DNA from: Geopsychrobacteraceae bacterium | Lineage (GTDB): Bacteria; Desulfobacterota; Desulfuromonadia; Desulfuromonadales; Geopsychrobacteraceae | Length of the DNA stretch: 64,000 nucleotides | NCBI GenBank assembly: GCA_963676795.2 | Contig: CAXXTB010000002.1 | Location: 1,600,001-1,664,000, forward strand | Reading direction: 5' to 3' | In this document: positions 59,695-64,000 of the stretch, piece after piece | Numbering within the stretch: position 1 is the stretch's first letter | Layout: each line of letters begins with the position of its first letter | Notes under the pieces: model-generated | Databases searched by the model: none | Told to the model about the DNA's origin: nothing | The model's input: only the letters and a program-made list of their open reading frames with translations | Position numbers and translations under genes: made by a program

Positions 59695-61629
59695 TCAATA
59701 GCGATACTTCAAGCTGAGGTAGAAACTACGGCCAGGCATCGGGTAGCCCGCATTGTAAGCGTAGTCTTCATCCGTAAGGTTACGAATATCCGCTTTGAGG
59801 GTGACATCGCCGTACTTCTCAAAATCGTAAAGCTTTTTGGAGACTGAAAAGTCGGTCAGGGTAACGCTGTCAAGAGTTTCTGACGAGTTGATATCCTGCT
59901 CACCGGTATGGGTAAAGTTAAGGTTAGCGGTCAAACCACTCTCTTGATTCCTGAAGGTCAAGCCATAGGAAGCAGTCAACGCAGAGGTATAGGTGCGATC
60001 TTCACCGGTTTCTTCATTTTCATAGGTATCCAGATAAGTGAAGGAAACATAAGGGATAAGCTCGCTGCTCCAGCCCATCAATGCACCGATGTCAAACTGC
60101 AAAGAACCTTCATAGCCTGAAACCGTCGCCTCACCGGTATTTTCATAGTAGGTGACTCCGTCAGCGGCATTGTAGGAGTAACCGATGCTATTTTCGAAAT
60201 CGGTATGGAAATAGGTCAGGCTCGCATTGAAGCTGTTTTTGACAACGTCAACTCCGACCTCATAGGTGGCACTTTTTTCCGGGTCGAGATCCGGATTACC
60301 GGACCAGATTCCATAGCCCCAGGCACTATAATCGGTATACATGAACAGCTGGCTTGGGGTCGGCATTTTAAAGCCTTCAGCATAGTTGGCTCTGATCTTG
60401 ACCATCGGACTGATCTTATATGCCGCACCGAAGTTTTTACTCAGATTGGTGGCATCGGTACTGTCGCCGGTGTCGCCTTCGATATCAAAACTGTCGTAGC
60501 GACCACCGGCCGAGAGGATCAGCTTATCATCGAGAAGCTTGACTTTCGCCATTGAGAACAGGGCAGGATTATCGTAGGTGTTCTCTTTGCCCGGGTCCAT
60601 GTTGGAGGTAGAAATCGCATAATTAATCCAGTCAACACCTGCAGTCAGCTGAACCATGTCCCACTTGGCGGTCAGCTGAGCATTCGCACCCTGCTGCTCG
60701 GTATCACGAAAATAACTCCGTACACCTGCATCAAAGTTTTCGTACTCTTCGATACCGCTGAAATAGCGCAGGCTCCACAAGAGAAAATCATCTGCTGTCT
60801 GGCCATCATAGACGACATCGTACTGACGATTAGCATTGCCAACAGTTGCTTCAGGATCTGGTGTCGTCAGCTGATCAGGGCTACCGATATCATCAGAGAC
60901 ATAACTGGTATAGGTCACTCCAACCCGCTGATTTGTCAGAAAGGTATAACCGAGATTGGCACTCAATCTATCTTTGCTGTCAAAGCCGGTATTGTCGTAT
61001 TTATCGCCGCCACCGGTATTGTAAGATGATTGGGCTGCTCGCGAAGCACTCAAGGAATAGTCGAAATTCTTGACCAGTCCGGAAACACCCGCCGCTGTTT
61101 TCCTGTAATTCCAGCTACCAACAGTCTGATCGATGAAAAATGAAGGTTTGGTATCGCCTTTTTTGGTGATGACATTGACAACACCACCGATAGCCGACGA
61201 TCCGTACTGCACGGAACCTGGTCCGCGGATAATCTCGACCCTCTCAACGTTGTCCATCAGAATCGTAGCCAGATTGGACGTATTGATGCGGCGGCCATTT
61301 ATCAGAATAGTCACGTAGCTTGAAACGACCTGACCATGAGTGTCTGTCGCAAAACCACGAATCTGGACAGCACTCAGAGAGTTCGGATATTCACGGACCT
61401 TAAACCCTTGGGTAGAGAGCAGATCACGCAGATCCTTGGCCGAGGACTCCTTGATCTGTTCCTCGCTCAAGACGGTAATATTCATCGTCTGATCCGCTTT
61501 TAGTTCTTCGATCCGGCTGGCAGTGACGACAACCTGATCGAGATTTGTGACCTCATCGATAGCGAACGATGTCACGGGACAAGCCAACACAGCGAGTAAC
61601 AGATACAACAGATAACGATTGAGCTTCAC
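59695..61629 (-). CDS. TonB-dependent receptor, BtuB-like
   Basis: Signal peptide, DQVVVTASR TonB box, ERVEIIRGPGSVQYGS.AIGGVVN, PGRSFY..LKYRY; follows cobalamin riboswitch. Confidence 0.92.
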   Translation of the reverse strand: MKLNRYLLYLLLAVLACPVTSFAIDEVTNLDQVVVTASRIEELKADQTMNITVLSEEQIKESSAKDLRDLLSTQGFKVREYPNSLSAVQIRGFATDTHGQVVSSYVTILINGRRINTSNLATILMDNVERVEIIRGPGSVQYGSSAIGGVVNVITKKGDTKPSFFIDQTVGSWNYRKTAAGVSGLVKNFDYSLSASRAAQSSYNTGGGDKYDNTGFDSKDRLSANLGYTFLTNQRVGVTYTSYVSDDIGSPDQLTTPDPEATVGNANRQYDVVYDGQTADDFLLWSLRYFSGIEEYENFDAGVRSYFRDTEQQGANAQLTAKWDMVQLTAGVDWINYAISTSNMDPGKENTYDNPALFSMAKVKLLDDKLILSAGGRYDSFDIEGDTGDSTDATNLSKNFGAAYKISPMVKIRANYAEGFKMPTPSQLFMYTDYSAWGYGIWSGNPDLDPEKSATYEVGVDVVKNSFNASLTYFHTDFENSIGYSYNAADGVTYYENTGEATVSGYEGSLQFDIGALMGWSSELIPYVSFTYLDTYENEETGEDRTYTSALTASYGLTFRNQESGLTANLNFTHTGEQDINSSETLDSVTLTDFSVSKKLYDFEKYGDVTLKADIRNLTDEDYAYNAGYPMPGRSFYLSLKYRY

Positions 61630-61740
61630 TTACTCCTCCTGATAATGCGGGTTTTACCCGTCAAATAACGACCTGAGGAAGCCCTGTTACACCTCCAGTC
61701 AGATGTCCATGCCCTACCGTAGAGAAGCATGCACGCGTCA

Positions 61741-61918
61741 TTGACATTCAGGCAGGTCTTCTGACTTCCGGTTCATCCTAATCACCGCGCCTTCCCATTG
61801 ACCTTGCGGTTAACAGTGGCATTTTTCTGTGCGGTTTTCGTCCCCGGTTACAGCGGCGGGCCCGTCCCCGATTTGCACGGGGTTCCCTTTTGGCTCAAAA
61901 TGAGCACCTGAATGTTAT
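61741..61918 (-). ncRNA. Cobalamin riboswitch
   Basis: Minus strand CAGGTGC..AAAAGGGAACCCCGTGCAAATCGGGGACGGGCCCGCCGCTGTAA...GCCACTG...GGGAAGGC...AGTCAGAAGACCTGCCTG (B12 box). Confidence 0.95.
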
Positions 61919-62028
61919 TAAAATACTTTTGAAACTTCAGTTCAGTGGGTGTCACCGCCTCCCTGAAGACACTACAAGTTCCAGGTTAACGATCTGACCT
62001 CACATATTTTCACCTCTTTATCAAAAGT

Positions 62029-64000
62029 TCATAAGCGCTGCCGCCTCTGCCACCAGATTCCTCCGGCAACAACGGCAAGAACCAGGAAGACACAGAGAGA
62101 TGCCAGCCACTGGACTCCCGAAGAGGTCAGCTCGGTCGTCTCCTCTTCATTAGTCACTTTTTCCATCTTGTAACCGCTGACATCCTCAGCCTCCGCTCCG
62201 GACTGTTCCGCAGGCTGTTCGGCGCTGGCTTCACTTGGCTGCTCTGTCTGTGCTGCTGGTTGATTTTCTAATCCCGCTGTCAGCTGCTGCTGAAGTTCCT
62301 GGCGCCGGTCAAGCTGCTCTTCAAGAGTTTTTTTGGCCATTTTTTCAATAGCGACCTTGAATTGCTCGACCAGTTCCGGGCTCATCACCCCTGGCAGTGA
62401 TGCAATGGCAATAACCATATGATTCAACGCCGGGTTGTTACAGGTGTGATCGCAACAGGCCACCCCCTGCTCCAGAACATTGTTCACATACTCTCTTGCC
62501 AGTTTCTGCTGCAGCTGATCACTCGCCTGCCAGTAGCCCTTACGTACAGCTTCAAGCATGCGTGCCGTCATCGACTGATAGGCCCAGGGATTATTCTTGT
62601 TGAAGAACTCCTTGAGGTTCTGCTGATACTTGTCATCAACATAGACCTCGCTGACCTGTTTCCAGTAGATCTCCGACACATCATCCGGAGTCGTCACCTG
62701 CCAGCCCCAGAGGTATTCGACAAACTTGGCCATCTCATGGGCTCCGGCATAGTTGTCCCGCTTCATCCCTTCAATCCACTGAGGATTCAGATAACGTTGC
62801 TGCAGTTCCTGGCCAATAACCCGCTTCAGCGTTGCAACCTTGACCTCACCCGGCATTTTCTGCAGGGTCACCCGTGTTTTTGGTGCCTCCCCGCGGACAT
62901 TACGTACCGCCAGGGACAAGCCACCCAGGTACTGAAACATGTCATCGTTATCCATGGTCGAATAGATATTCGAGGAGATTGAATGGACAGCGGTATCAAC
63001 CCCCTTGAGGTTTTCACGCAGCGCCTGGGTCACTGGTATGCCCCATTGACCGTTGCCGATGGCGAAGCTGCTGCGCTTGATAAAGACCCCGGCTATTTCT
63101 TCGTCAGACTCCCAGAACCCTGAGGCTCCGGTCAGCTCGGAGACGCCATTACCGTAAGAGCCGGGCTTTTCGGTAAAGATGCGCAGCCGTGATTGTGATC
63201 TGGCCTGCTCGGGACTCATCCCCTGTGCAAGCAGAGCCTTTTCTACCTTGCGATTGTTGTCGGCGATGATGTTTTCGATATCAGTCTGCAGTGCGGCCTT
63301 TTGAATGGCCTCATCAAGCCAAAGCAGCTTGTCAGGAAACAGGTCGCGGTAGAGTCCGGACGGATTGACCAGCACATCGATGCGCGGCCGGCCGAGCCGC
63401 TTGCCTGGAATCGGCCGGGTTCCGGTGACCCGGCCGGAGCTGTCCCAGACCGGCTCCATCCCGAGCAGGGCGAGGATGGTGCTTTCGTTGACCCCCTCAT
63501 TGCGAATACTCTCGACCGCCCAGAGCACCACTGCGACCTTCTGCGGATAGCTGCCCTCCTCGGCACGCTTTTCTGCAATCAACTCGTCTGCAGCCTGCTG
63601 GCCGAGTTTCCATGCGGCCTTACTCGGCAGGTGAGCCGCTGAAAAAGCGTAAAAATTTTTACCGGTCGGCAGAGCATAAGGATTTCTGAGCGGATCGTTC
63701 CCTTCACCGGCGGGAATATAACCTCCTGCAAGCGCCTTGATCAGGTGATCCATTTCCCGCTTTGCCGAGTTGCCTAGATTTATCTCCAACTGCTGTCTGT
63801 CCAGGTCGGGATGGGCAGAGCTGATCACGTCGAGGGTGCTGTCCATGCCATTTTGTGAATATGCTGTGCCGAAGGTGTGCAGACCAAAAGGGATAACTCC
63901 GGTATCAACTTCGTGCAGATAAAGATCAACCTTTTCAACATCCTCGGCGGTAAAGCTGTCTATCTCCAAGGATTCCGCGATACCAGTCTCTTTCAACAGG
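62029..64000 (-). CDS. Second CobN-like protein (C-terminal part; 5' end outside window) with C-terminal membrane anchor
   Basis: GLHTFG, LPTGKNFY, RPRIDV..SGLYRD, LNPQWIEGM, CCDHTCNNPALN, terminal TM + WWQRRQR. Confidence 0.92.
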   Translation of the reverse strand, partial: LLKETGIAESLEIDSFTAEDVEKVDLYLHEVDTGVIPFGLHTFGTAYSQNGMDSTLDVISSAHPDLDRQQLEINLGNSAKREMDHLIKALAGGYIPAGEGNDPLRNPYALPTGKNFYAFSAAHLPSKAAWKLGQQAADELIAEKRAEEGSYPQKVAVVLWAVESIRNEGVNESTILALLGMEPVWDSSGRVTGTRPIPGKRLGRPRIDVLVNPSGLYRDLFPDKLLWLDEAIQKAALQTDIENIIADNNRKVEKALLAQGMSPEQARSQSRLRIFTEKPGSYGNGVSELTGASGFWESDEEIAGVFIKRSSFAIGNGQWGIPVTQALRENLKGVDTAVHSISSNIYSTMDNDDMFQYLGGLSLAVRNVRGEAPKTRVTLQKMPGEVKVATLKRVIGQELQQRYLNPQWIEGMKRDNYAGAHEMAKFVEYLWGWQVTTPDDVSEIYWKQVSEVYVDDKYQQNLKEFFNKNNPWAYQSMTARMLEAVRKGYWQASDQLQQKLAREYVNNVLEQGVACCDHTCNNPALNHMVIAIASLPGVMSPELVEQFKVAIEKMAKKTLEEQLDRRQELQQQLTAGLENQPAAQTEQPSEASAEQPAEQSGAEAEDVSGYKMEKVTNEEETTELTSSGVQWLASLCVFLVLAVVAGGIWWQRRQRL

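Overview
Anaerobic deltaproteobacterial DNA, Desulfuromonadales/Geobacter-like by gene content (inference). The window probably spans the replication terminus: a 28-bp dif-like XerC/XerD site lies at 39308-39335, and the KOPS-like octamers I found by eye point toward it from both sides. Region 1-14.7 kb: a molybdopterin oxidoreductase, then two paralogous MarR genes bracketing a Hyb-type (hybOABCD) [NiFe] uptake hydrogenase and a pyrogallol-transhydroxylase-like Mo enzyme with an extra N-terminal domain. Region 15-39 kb: housekeeping genes (yacG-queD-queE, coaD, rsmD, dgt, greB, yhbY, azlCD, polar amino-acid ABC transporter, lepA-lepB, PyrR-attenuated pyrR-pyrB-pyrC-carA-carB, greA, recG, quinone reductase). 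Region 39.3-48.3 kb: a decaying accessory island next to dif, with a putative Xer-exploiting phage/plasmid remnant, a split dienelactone hydrolase, IS4 fragments and an IS256. It also carries the most unusual gene in the window, a 2-deoxy-scyllo-inosose-synthase-like sugar-phosphate cyclase fused to a complete IclR regulator. Region 49-64 kb: a cobalamin-riboswitch-led corrinoid/metal uptake cluster with two TonB receptors, a BtuF-CbiZ fusion, a membrane-anchored CobN-like protein, DUF2162/ExbB/DUF2149 and CbiK, plus a second CobN-like paralogue upstream of the riboswitch. No CRISPR array, tRNA or rRNA seen. Family assignments are from recalled motifs, not database searches.
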